Shown: one piece after another, positions 56,201-64,000 of the stretch | Layout: every line of letters starts with the position of its first letter | Position numbering within the stretch: position 1 is the stretch's first letter | Assembly (NCBI RefSeq): GCF_964355755.1 | Contig: NC_092674.1 | Location: 10,354,001 to 10,418,000 of the forward strand | DNA length: 64,000 nucleotides | Source: Antedon mediterranea | Taxonomy: Eukaryota > Animalia > Echinodermata | Direction of reading: 5' to 3' | Translations under genes and position numbers: made by a program | The notes under the pieces: generated by a model | Databases searched by the model: none | Told to the model about the DNA's origin: nothing | Seen by the model: the letters and a program-made list of their open reading frames with translations, nothing else

Positions 56201-59200
56201 TGAGAAAAATAGAAGATTGGTAACTATTTACACTAATGCGCTTAAAGTTAACACATACCAAACTAAACCAATGAATTTAAAAAGCAAAGATCCTATTTGG
56301 GTTAATAATAATAAATGACAATGCCCTCATGGTGTTCATTTTCATTGACAACTTGTAAAAACATTAGCATATAGTGATAGTAAACAAATCGATCTTACAA
56401 AAAACTTTAGTTACATGCGTCGAGAACCTTATTTCTGATGAAATTGAAAGTTGTTTTAAAATAAGCAGGCTAGTCTCTAGGCCCAAGGTATCCCATGATT
56501 TTTTTAATACAATCTATTTTATGCGGCGTATTTTGTGTACGCGACACATGCGTTGTACACTTCCTAACAAAGCGTGTAGCAAAAAATTACGTTATGCAAC
56601 TGTTTGCTGAACTACGCTAATATGCAAATGAGTAGAATGTTGACGTTAAGTTAACATGCTCCTGTGAAAGCTCCCAATTGCCACACAACTATACCAGTGA
56701 AATACAAATATTCTACTAAGTTGGGGCGAAACCGGTCAATTGTTAATCAAAGATTATTTTCTATTTGGGATATTGTGTATTAGACGAGGCAGGAAATATC
56801 AGGAAAGGGGATAAAGAAGTGTGTTTAGACGCTGGACTTGCTCTACAACAAACAAGGTATTTCAGACAAAATTGGAGGCCAAAGCTCCATTCCAACACTG
56901 GACATTATTTAAGCCCTGTCTAACACTATCAAACTTTATGTAACAAAAAAATGTTCCCTTATATCACACTTTTGATGTGCCCATATATGGACATGATGAT
57001 ATCACTACTGTATTTGGGCATATCACACTCAAACTAGTTTTATAGTGAAGGCAGAGCTTTTGTCCGTTCTGCTGAGATTGAAATTTTTTTAACGTATTAA
57101 CTGTCATGATCAAAATGTTACTGCCATATTTTTTGGACATTAAAGACATTTTGTATTGTGTCAATTTTGTAATTATTTCAAGCTTCCTCTTTATACTCGT
57201 GACCATTAAATTTCCACAAAATAATATATAATATAACAATGCAGTATAAAAAAAATAAACCTCTGAAACTTAGCTACATTTATTCACAAAATTTTGTATT
57301 TGTTTAGTTAGATGTTGTTCTTCGATATCAATTATGTACAAGACCAAATATTTATGTCTGGAAGTGTTAAGTTATTTTCTTTTTTTAAAGTTGAAAGAAT
57401 GTTCTTTCTAAAGAAATAAATCATTGTCATCATCGCCCAAATTTATATTGTTCTTCCTTATCCCACACCATAATATTCTAATAACTTTTTTAACTTAAAC
57501 AGATCGATGCCGAACAATCAGCTTTCTGGCATAGGTAAACATTTAGAATTGATTATAGAGTTATTATATAATCACTACTACTCTAGAGAGTCAACTAACA
57601 CAATTACAGCTCAAAATGCAAGCCAACATCCAATAGGCTACATCACAATCAACTTATCTGATCCCAGTTTGAAGCCACTCCTCACTATAAAGCCACATAC
57701 CACTAATGTACACAATTGAATGATAACATAATCTAGCATATATAGGCTAACTTACTATATGAGCAATATGCCAAGGATAACCACAAGCGAATTCATTTAC
57801 AACTTTTCTTAAAGGTGGCAATCTTGTTCATTTCATTTCTTTATTCGAATTCAAAACAAAATAACATTAAAAAAACAGTACAGGAATGAATTCAGGGTAG
57901 CACAAAAAAGTAACCAATGGTCAAACTTATTTCCATTGTGGCCCTTCTTTCAAGACAAACATAAACACAAGTCTTATTACTTTGGGAGTGGAGTTGTAAT
58001 TTGTTAACCAAACGGCAACATTTTGTTACCTTTTTCACGCCAGAGAAGGCTTCTCTTGAATAGTCTTTCATGGGCCTAGCTTTTGGGAAAACGTCTTCAT
58101 CATCATCTGGGTGATATGGTGAAAGGGTTTTCTGGGGAAAAAATCCCAAAAGTCAATAAAGAAAGTTATAGTACCTACTAAACAATACAACCATATACTG
58201 TATATATTAAATTATCAAAATCATTGTAAACAACAAAGAAATAAAAGGATGGATACCTTGTTGTCCTTTTCGTTCTCCTCATCCTTGATGGCCTCCTCGA
58301 TAGATTCAATGGCCTTCTGAAATTTCACCCCTTTGGCAGCCTTTGACAACGCCGCTTTGTGCTCTTTGTACATCTTCAGACTTTCAACTTTGACCCAAGC
58401 ACTGTTGGAAAAACCCCCATTAAAATCGTTATCTAAACTTTATCACTATATTATGTGGTAGGTTCTTAGAATTTTTTATTCAGTGTTACTATAAGGTTTA
58501 ATAAGATTTTCATAGTTATTAAGTAAGTTTAATTCGGAACTTTATGGTAATAAAAAATGTAATTGGGCGATAATGCTGAATTGAATTAAAAGACACCCTT
58601 GGGCTGACTGAAGTAAATGCCAGATTTTCAAAAAAGTACTGGTATTTCAAATGTGCTTTTATTGGTGGAAAAAAAAAGTTGGCGCTGTTTGGACCTGAAG
58701 AACAGTTTGATATTGGGCTAGTCAATGGTTTGGCAACAATGTCAGAGTTCATCTCTAGGATGAGCTGTAATAAAACATTGCTTTGGACTTAAGCCAAGGT
58801 AACTAGCAGTCTAAGCTAAGACTTTAGTGAGCTCTTAGATTTAATAATAATTTAGGTAATATGTAATTTGCAATCTATTTTATTGTCAGAATCAGAAGAT
58901 AGATATGTTTTGTACCTTAGTAGAATCATTAAATAATACAATCTGATAAATATATTTTAATAAATCATAATACAAGTTACGGTCTTCAAAAGTTTTGATT
59001 AAATAAATTGCATGCCATGTGCAGTGTCGAGAATCGGATACAGACAGACAACCCCATCAGACCAACAGTATGCAACCAAACCAATAGAATAGCACATTCT
59101 TTGTAAGAATAATTATTATAATAATGCACTTGTCAATTGTATGACCCACTATACGACCCCCGAGAGAGGTGAGTCATTTGTCCGATGTGCGTCATACTTT

Positions 59201-60272
59201 TGAATACCATGACGCACCCGTTCGTCAAAAAGGTGACTTACCTTTAGGTGACCATGACGCACCCATTTTGACGCACTGTGACCATGTTGTTTATGATATG
59301 GTGGGTGGTAAAGTGACGGACATTGACACACCTTGTTCATTGATGTGACGTACCATCTAGGTTTTTTGACGCACCCCTGCGTCAGTAATTATTTGTAAAT
59401 GACGCACCCATGACGCACCTCTCCCGGGGTTCGTATAGTGAGTCATACAATTGACAAGTGCATAAGCAAGGGGGATCCCAAGAATCCAAGATGGTACTTA
59501 CTGGTCCTCGGTACCAAAAAAGTAGACAAAGAAATGTTGCTTTTTAGCTGCTGGCTTCTTCACATTTTTCCATGGTTTCACAATCTGTAGAAAATAGTGT
59601 AAAAATGTTGTTTTAATCCCAAAAAACTAATTCAATAATCTATAATATATAGGGTACTGTATGCTTTATTAGAATAGAAGATATTGATGGTATATTGAGA
59701 GGTTAGTTAAATATTATTTAACTAATGACCCAAGAATCAATGTTTTTTATTTTACTACTCGATTATTTCCCAATTACAGCTTACAAAGTTGTTCATATTC
59801 ATTAAACAAATTACAAAAAAAAACAGTCAATTTCAATACAAAATCCTATTAATCCACACCCAAAAATTAATCGTAATTATCTAAAAAATGCTTTTATATT
59901 TTTCTTATTTTCTAAGTTCATAAATTTCACTAATTTAACAACAAAATGCAATCTTATCCACAACAATCGCAGTAAGCCGGTGTTATAAGGCCTCATAAAC
60001 GCTTTCTAGGCCACCCGGCTTCGCGGCCAAATTCAATCAAACAACGAGAATAATAATCCACTTACCCGGCCAGGCCACGCTGGGAAACTGCTCATTTTGG
60101 CCCTGCAAAAATGAAAACAATAAAGCTGTTAATGTTCCAATTTCAGTATATTTGCAGTGTATGTGTAATAATAATGAAATATTGTTACTACTTACCACAC
60201 CAAATCTCCAATAACAAACCCAGAATCGGATTTTTGTTCATCTTGACTACCTGCTTTCTGTTCTTCCGCCAT
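32157..60272 (-). CDS. GLYR1: GLYR1/NPAC (NP60) orthologue, whole spliced gene: PWWP + AT-hook-like linker + beta-hydroxyacid dehydrogenase domain, 14 coding exons, 545 aa
   Basis: Exons joined by hand, all GT-AG and phase-consistent: 60196-60272, 60066-60102, 59502-59584, 58257-58401, 58030-58131, 55891-56085, 53484-53626, 51777-51876, 40640-40750, 39111-39212, 38220-38382, 35286-35465, 33788-33912, 32157-32231 (sum 1638 nt). Motifs [63 protein letters not shown] and QKDMRLALA match the NPAC architecture. Extra phase-0 cassette exons in the linker cannot be excluded. Confidence 0.93.
33516..33696. mobile_element. Full-length palindromic MITE (agcgtggttcccactag...ctagtgggaaccaagct) in the last GLYR1 intron
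   Basis: Long TIRs; homologous to 24158 and 24880. Confidence 0.88.
33788..33912 (-). CDS. GLYR1: GLYR1 exon 13 ([42 protein letters not shown])
   Basis: tttcag acceptor, gtaagc donor; FxxxxxxKD motif. Confidence 0.95.
35038..35196. mobile_element. MITE family agctctgtctacactatcaaact, copy 2
   Basis: Homologous to 26771-26937. Confidence 0.8.
35286..35465 (-). CDS. GLYR1: GLYR1 exon 12 ([27 protein letters not shown]...GKGK)
   Basis: ttttag acceptor, gtatg donor; catalytic KxxxN motif. Confidence 0.95.
35570..37495. repeat. Minisatellite of alternating 18-bp (gatggatagacactaaag) and 19-bp (gatggatagacaccagaat) units with a 648-bp higher-order duplication
   Basis: Directly visible; identical spurious ORFs recur exactly 648 bp apart. 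Confidence 0.97.
37953..38140. repeat. 19-bp minisatellite (ccagaaggatgaatagatg), about 10 copies
   Basis: Visible; related in sequence to the 35570-37495 array. Confidence 0.92.
38220..38382 (-). CDS. GLYR1: GLYR1 exon 11 ([33 protein letters not shown]...SFFL)
   Basis: ctttag acceptor, gtaaat donor; EAPVSG substrate-binding motif. Confidence 0.95.
39111..39212 (-). CDS. GLYR1: GLYR1 exon 10 ([34 protein letters not shown])
   Basis: ttgcag acceptor, gtaag donor; DxxT motif. Confidence 0.93.
39717..39918. mobile_element. MITE with TIRs caggccttgtctttt / aaaagacaaggcctg
   Basis: 15-bp perfect inverted termini; caaac on both flanks. Confidence 0.75.
40640..40750 (-). CDS. GLYR1: GLYR1 exon 9 ([37 protein letters not shown])
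   Basis: ttgcag acceptor, gtaagt donor; [10 protein letters not shown] is a family motif. Confidence 0.94.
47960..49342 (+). CDS. Vasorin-like type I membrane protein (signal peptide, LRRNT, about one LRR, LRRCT, EGF, FN3-like, TM, cytoplasmic tail), nested antisense in GLYR1 intron 8
   Basis: 460-aa uninterrupted ORF: hydrophobic N-terminus, CPKSCVC cap, [17 protein letters not shown]...CYSPPILKG...LNC (LRRCT), [12 protein letters not shown]...[12 protein letters not shown] (EGF), VQVNW FN3-like segment, [23 protein letters not shown]; splice acceptor tttttccag at 47851 upstream; AATAAA downstream near 49626. Confidence 0.88.
   Translation: MDLVTFQNLMLKAVLVLLLLQWSESKSLTSWICPKSCVCTPEGTAYCNTQNIISVTPTIPSKNSQTNLFIKGQNLFDKRKHRTNNKLRTLFKDVLQQMPTSNIIDISNNKLHCDCEILWLKKWLIDNETNKILLSNTDYICYSPPILKGQRVKDIDSAVLNCPVEEHTRWRRKASRRRRPRTYTSKPLDLCFVNHCKNNGTCVLQDGQSLCMCPLSYTGEICEIRSEPHLQIYAKQLIDRSSVQVNWTLDREAQDIQFKLETKTADGIRLIQSQMLPGQMRHVIVAGPFLTTRVRVCLYIYENNIITNILSCKKIYIDERGYGLPPPSDLPDDKIYNPYDASNFNEVIDKASIALGSIIGLCGLLILGLAIAYKNRQIDSDTNANMAADMNGLGSAYGNNTIIQLQTIRESYEEEVQEATLADASQVPIVAESCLDGQPPSPHLRIELVSTKVEFFNKSK
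50874..51118. mobile_element. Mutator-like MITE with long TIRs and 10-bp TSD
   Basis: gggtattgctaaacaccgcaaacct...aggtttgcggtgtttagcaataccc; acctatactt at 50864-50873 and 51119-51128; partial copy near 32498-32580. Confidence 0.85.
51777..51876 (-). CDS. GLYR1: GLYR1 exon 8 ([33 protein letters not shown])
   Basis: GxGxxG dinucleotide-binding motif and WNRT; ttag acceptor, gtaagt donor. Confidence 0.95.
51936..52982. mobile_element. piggyBac-like non-autonomous element
   Basis: TTAA on both flanks; 14-bp TIR cactttgactgcca / tggcagtcaaagtg; duplicated subterminal aaaaacgaagatcttcg...tggcagtcaa; no transposase ORF. Confidence 0.85.
53484..53626 (-). CDS. GLYR1: GLYR1 exon 7 ([14 protein letters not shown]...HPAITPTTK)
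   Basis: ttttag acceptor, gtaac donor; ITPTxKK leads into the Rossmann fold as in NPAC. Confidence 0.88.
55891..56085 (-). CDS. GLYR1: GLYR1 exon 6 (LSVSSSDEK...KKKGRPA...PKKK), basic linker with AT-hook-like GRP
   Basis: ttttcag acceptor, gtatag donor, 195 nt phase 0-0; KKKGRP resembles the NPAC AT-hook. Confidence 0.85.
56910..57060. mobile_element. MITE family agctctgtctacactatcaaact, copy 3
   Basis: Homologous to 26771-26937. Confidence 0.75.
57880..58003 (-). mobile_element. Truncated SINE body related to the 63715 SINE, with a different 3' tail
   Basis: Minus strand caaattacaactccactcccaaagtaataagacttgtgtttatgtttgtcttg matches the 63811-63881 body. Confidence 0.65.
58030..58131 (-). 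CDS. GLYR1: GLYR1 exon 5 ([17 protein letters not shown]...GVKK), linker
   Basis: ccccag acceptor, gtaac donor, 102 nt phase 0-0, open frame. Confidence 0.78.
58257..58401 (-). CDS. GLYR1: GLYR1 exon 4 ([14 protein letters not shown]...[11 protein letters not shown]...DNK)
   Basis: caacag acceptor, gtatcc donor; PWWP C-terminal helices. Confidence 0.92.
59124..59463. mobile_element. Non-autonomous element with ~45-bp TIRs and internal tgacgcacc repeats
   Basis: atgcacttgtcaattgtatgacccactatacga... / ...tcgtatagtgagtcatacaattgacaagtgcat; superfamily not assigned. Confidence 0.85.
59502..59584 (-). CDS. GLYR1: GLYR1 exon 3 ([28 protein letters not shown])
   Basis: ctacag acceptor, gtaagt donor; FFGTEDH typical of the NPAC PWWP. 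Confidence 0.93.
60066..60102 (-). CDS. GLYR1: GLYR1 exon 2 ([12 protein letters not shown])
   Basis: ttttgcag acceptor, gtaagt donor; PWWP signature as PAWP. Confidence 0.92.
60196..60272 (-). CDS. GLYR1: GLYR1 coding exon 1 ([26 protein letters not shown])
   Basis: ATG at 60272; ends TG|gtaagt; start of PWWP domain. Confidence 0.88.
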
Positions 60273-60460
60273 GATAGCTAGCGTTGGTTTTCAATTTTTA
60301 AGCGTGGGTCGAGAGCCACCTATAGTTTCCCTAAAAATTCAAAATCAACAAACCCTTGCAAGTTGTGATATTAACAAATTTCGATATAGCGCCATCTATA
60401 AAGTTAATAAAATAACCTTTTAATTATAATTACGGTATTATTAGCACCACTAGCGTATGA
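60273..60460 (-). promoter_or_regulatory. GLYR1 5' UTR and proximal promoter
   Basis: Directly upstream of the ATG; locally CpG-containing, GCGCCATCT YY1-like word near 60389; TSS not determinable. Confidence 0.35.
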
Positions 60461-60777
60461 AATAAATAAATAAATCATACTTAACAAAAAAAACCGACAA
60501 AACACCAAATAATATAAGGGTATAAATGTTTACAGGCTTTTAATTAACACACATATGTATTTTTTTGCATAAAATTCATGTGAAGCGTCAGTTTTTTGTG
60601 GGGCATGTAGCCTAATTTTAAGTTTCTTATGGTGTCATTTTATGATAGACAGATGAACACAACATTCAATCTTACTGTCTAAATTCTGAATAAAGCAATT
60701 ATTACAACAGCCTAGACATTTATATGCTGTTCAAATACATTACTCTACACCAGAAATTGTTTGAATAAGTCCACTTA

Positions 60778-60915
60778 CCTCTCTACTCTACACTATCAAA
60801 CTTTATGCGACAAAAATTGTGATGAGCCCATATATGGACACGATGTCATTTCACTACAATATTTGGGCACATCACTATTTTTTCAAACTAGTTTGATAGT
60901 GTAGACAGTGCTTTA
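60778..60915. mobile_element. MITE family agctctgtctacactatcaaact, copy 4
   Basis: Homologous to 26771-26937. Confidence 0.8.
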
Positions 60916-61639
60916 GCTGTTCCTAAATTACTCTGCTTAAACTCCTGTTTCAGAGGTGGATAAACGCATCCAATCTGACCATCGAATTATCCTCCGTCAA
61001 TTAGCTGGTGTCTGGAGAAAACCCTGTTGCGCTAGAGCGAGTTGACAAAAGAAATTGCGCACAGAACTTAATATCTGAATAAGCATGATCTTAAAAGTAT
61101 GTTGCTGGTCTGATGTTCACCATAGCACACAGATTCGTATATCTGGCCCATTAAAAAATTAACTTTCATGCAATGCTATTGCAAACCAACAGAAAATAAA
61201 AATATTTTATTTACCAGACGTTTCACCAACTATTAGTTGGCTTTCTCAAAGTTACATTTTATTTGTATTACCAACTGAATGAATCTTTTCAAGGACAAAA
61301 TAAAAGGCTTTTAAAAACAAAATACTCATAAACAGTTTATTAAATTTTCAATACAAATTATATATGTAACAGTATATGATTTTGCCCAAGTACTTTTTGA
61401 TTGAAAAAAACCATTGGACGGAATTTTTGAGAAATAAATCACTAGAAACATAGATAACACTAAATTAATTAATTAAATAATAATATAATTATACATTATT
61501 TAAAATCTATTTACAAACAAACAATTTACAAGAACTCAACGCTAGTAAAATACGCAAAGTAGTTTTTGCGGTATTCTCTAGATAAAGACAAAACTACTGA
61601 CCACATTATGTTGACTTCTATCAATTACTTTTGAAACCG

Positions 61640-61870
61640 CAATGCGCAAAAGCAAACGTATTGGCGGTAATCGCAACGCCTGACCGCACATCTGTTACTG
61701 AAAAACTGTTGACTATATCACACATTACTAATAAAATCGCAATGCACAAGAGTTTTGATGGTGATGCATCAAAACTTGTTGCGACTCTTTCATGCATTAG
61801 CAACATTAACATCGAACTGCGAAAGAGGAAACGCTTTGACTGACCAATCAACATGCTTCGCCACACCTCT
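61640..61870 (-). other. Long imperfect RNA hairpin in putative 3' UTR
   Basis: Nested complementary blocks around the loop at 61761-61766 with many G-U pairs on the minus strand only (see findings). Confidence 0.6.
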
Positions 61871-62240
61871 GTCATCCTTTCCAACATGCAATATTCTTGA
61901 TTTTAAATTGTTATTAATAGTATGGCACCTCCTTATATTTCACATTTTTCTCTGCTGCAAACTATAAATAACTTTCATACAGCTACTCCCCAAATCCAGA
62001 ACTAAATATAAACCAGTAATACAAATAACTACAATACAATAGACAATATTGTTTGTGTAGATAATAGCACATTATATATTTAAATTATAATTGATTAAAA
62101 TATGTTTCAAGTTGAGTGTCAATTTAAATTTATTCCAGTGAAAACCTTTTTTTAATTCATTTATCAATAAAAAATATGATTATCATTCATCAGACGTTTA
62201 AGATATATTATTGATTGAAAGCAAATTCTGGAAAATCCTG

Positions 62241-62410
62241 TCAAACAAAAGGTTTTGGGTGCGGTAGAACCTCTTGGTGCGGTTGCGTAATCTGCACCTT
62301 GGTTTGTATTCGCTGAATAGTCGCTTGTGTTAGTGGTACGCCCTCTGGAAGCAATCGTACATCTCCTCCCGACTCCGAGGAGTTCGTGAAATGATGAGCA
62401 AACATATCAC
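62241..62410 (-). CDS. Probable terminal coding exon of an unidentified upstream minus-strand gene (frame uncertain)
   Basis: ttctttgcag acceptor at 62411, GC-richer than flanks; phase-1 frame DMFAHHFTNSSESGGDVRLLPEGVPLTQ...PKPFV*, alternative phase-0 frame VICLLIISRTPRSREEMYDCFQRAYH*; AATAAA on minus near 61340. Confidence 0.4.
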
Positions 62411-63714
62411 CTGCAAAGAACGTTTAATAATTAGACATTTTTTGGATAGTAAATTTATTTGTAAAACTTTGTGTTAGTACACAAACTAAAAGCAATGAAA
62501 TCACACCAGTCAATGAAGTACTGCATAATGACGACAATTCAAACATGAATTTAGAATTCAGCGTTCTTAAAACTCAACCACTCTTTATTTTTAAAAAAGG
62601 TGTAAATAAAAACTTCAAAGTCGGTTGTTATTGTCGCTTATGTACATCAAACATATATTTTTTTAATTGTCCAACACACGCCAATATTTTCAATATGCTA
62701 ATCAATGTCTGGCTTAAGTGAACTTTTTTACTTGAAATTAGGGTGGGGAAATACAGTATAACAATAATAATGTTAAGTTCAAAATTTCATTTGGAATTTT
62801 GTTGGAATTCATTGGCCAAATTCACCAATCACACTTTAGCGTATTTCACTTTTAACAGATATTAGGATTTCACAAAAGGGGTATAAGCATATCTTAAAAA
62901 TATTAAGTGTAAATGTTTTTCTTAGTCTAAGTGTGATTGTTGAATATGGTCACTGCTCCCCAATGTCTATAAATAGAACATTTGTTAATGGTGCTATTAT
63001 ACTGTAATAATCTTTATTGCAAGTATTATCAAATGTTGATAATGATATTCTACATGAGCCATTAATAGTAGTGTGTATTGGTAAGAAAGCAATATGAAGA
63101 ATAAACAATCTAACATTATATTATTGGTAATGGACTTGAAGCAATGCTATTGGTTGAAAACTGTGCATAAATTACAGGATGGCACATGTACTGGTTAAGC
63201 AAAAAAAATGGTAGGAAGAAAAATGCTATAAGGGGAGAAAAAAGATGGGATGGTGAAAATTGTTAAAAGGGAATGTATTTATTGATAAAACATACACACA
63301 TTCTAAAGAAGGTAAATACAGATACTTGCGTTGGGACACCAATATTCAGAGGACAATCCTATTAAGGGGTCACTTTCCTGTAGTAACATTACAGTCAACA
63401 CCTACTCAGAAGATGCTCCTATTAAAGAGACACATTGTTGGCTCCAGAAGGTGTCTCCTTAATTCTTTGTTCTACTGAGGTGTTTTTTTAATAAAGAAAA
63501 ACAAAGTAAAGGAACATGCTTTAAAAATAAAGTAAAACAAGTAAAATGACTATAAAAAATAAAAACAAACCAACAGGAATTCCATAACACAAAAAAACCC
63601 ATAAAATCATTAATATAATGATAGAACTTCAAGTTCAACTTGGACTTCTAAAGAGGAAATACGATGGTATTCAAAGGTTGTGGGTTCGTGTCCCACCGGA
63701 GATGCTATTTTTTT

Positions 63715-63971
63715 GGAGTGGAGTTGTGGCTTGGTGGTTATGATGCTTGTCTACCAATCCAAGGGTCCTGGGTTCAAGTCCCGTCACATGTCAGGATTTT
63801 TTTTAAAGACCAAATTACTCCACTCCCAAAGACTTGTAATAAGACTTTGTTTATGTACAGCATCTTGTGTATGTTTGTCTTGTGAACCTCTGAGGGTCCC
63901 TAATGATCAGCAATAGCTGGATGGATCACCCTCATTAAATATGGTTGTTAAAAAAAAAAAAAAAAAAAAAA
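63715..63971 (+). mobile_element. tRNA-derived SINE with LINE-like tail and poly(A)
   Basis: A box tggcttggtgg (63727), B box ggttcaagtcc (63771), body, tail agggtccctaatgatcagc...ggatcaccctc, A-run 63950-63971. Confidence 0.85.
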
Positions 63972-64000
63972 CGTAGTATGGTTGGAAGTTAGAAAAAACA

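Noticed and set aside
61621-61967. Short ORFs on both strands and a possible SECIS element
   Set aside because: No recognisable domain; the AUGA words lack the matching GA quartet and apical AA geometry; better explained as a long hairpin
63720-63790. Possible tRNA gene
   Set aside because: tRNA-like head without a paired acceptor stem, followed by SINE body and poly(A)

Overview
AT-rich eukaryotic (invertebrate animal, plausibly deuterostome) genomic DNA with no prokaryotic features. The main gene is a complete 14-coding-exon GLYR1/NPAC (NP60) orthologue on the minus strand (ATG 60272 to TGA 32157). All introns are GT-AG, phases are consistent, and the CDS is 1638 nt (545 aa: PWWP, AT-hook-like linker, beta-hydroxyacid dehydrogenase domain). 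Unlike human NPAC it appears to keep the catalytic Lys and a plant glyoxylate-reductase-like FPLKHQQKD motif. Its 11-kb intron 8 hosts an antisense gene with an uninterrupted ORF encoding a vasorin-like LRR-EGF-FN3-TM protein with a collapsed LRR array (47960-49342). Upstream of GLYR1 is a probable terminal exon of another minus-strand gene, whose putative 3' UTR holds a ~220-nt hairpin rich in strand-specific G-U pairs. The rest is intronic or intergenic: two 5'-truncated LINEs with open RT frames, tRNA-derived SINEs (one Deu-domain-like), many MITEs, several minisatellites, and a marked excess of TACAGTA/TACTGTA and TAGGCCTA/TAGCCTA words that look like DNA-transposon excision footprints. 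All calls were made by eye; no database search was run.
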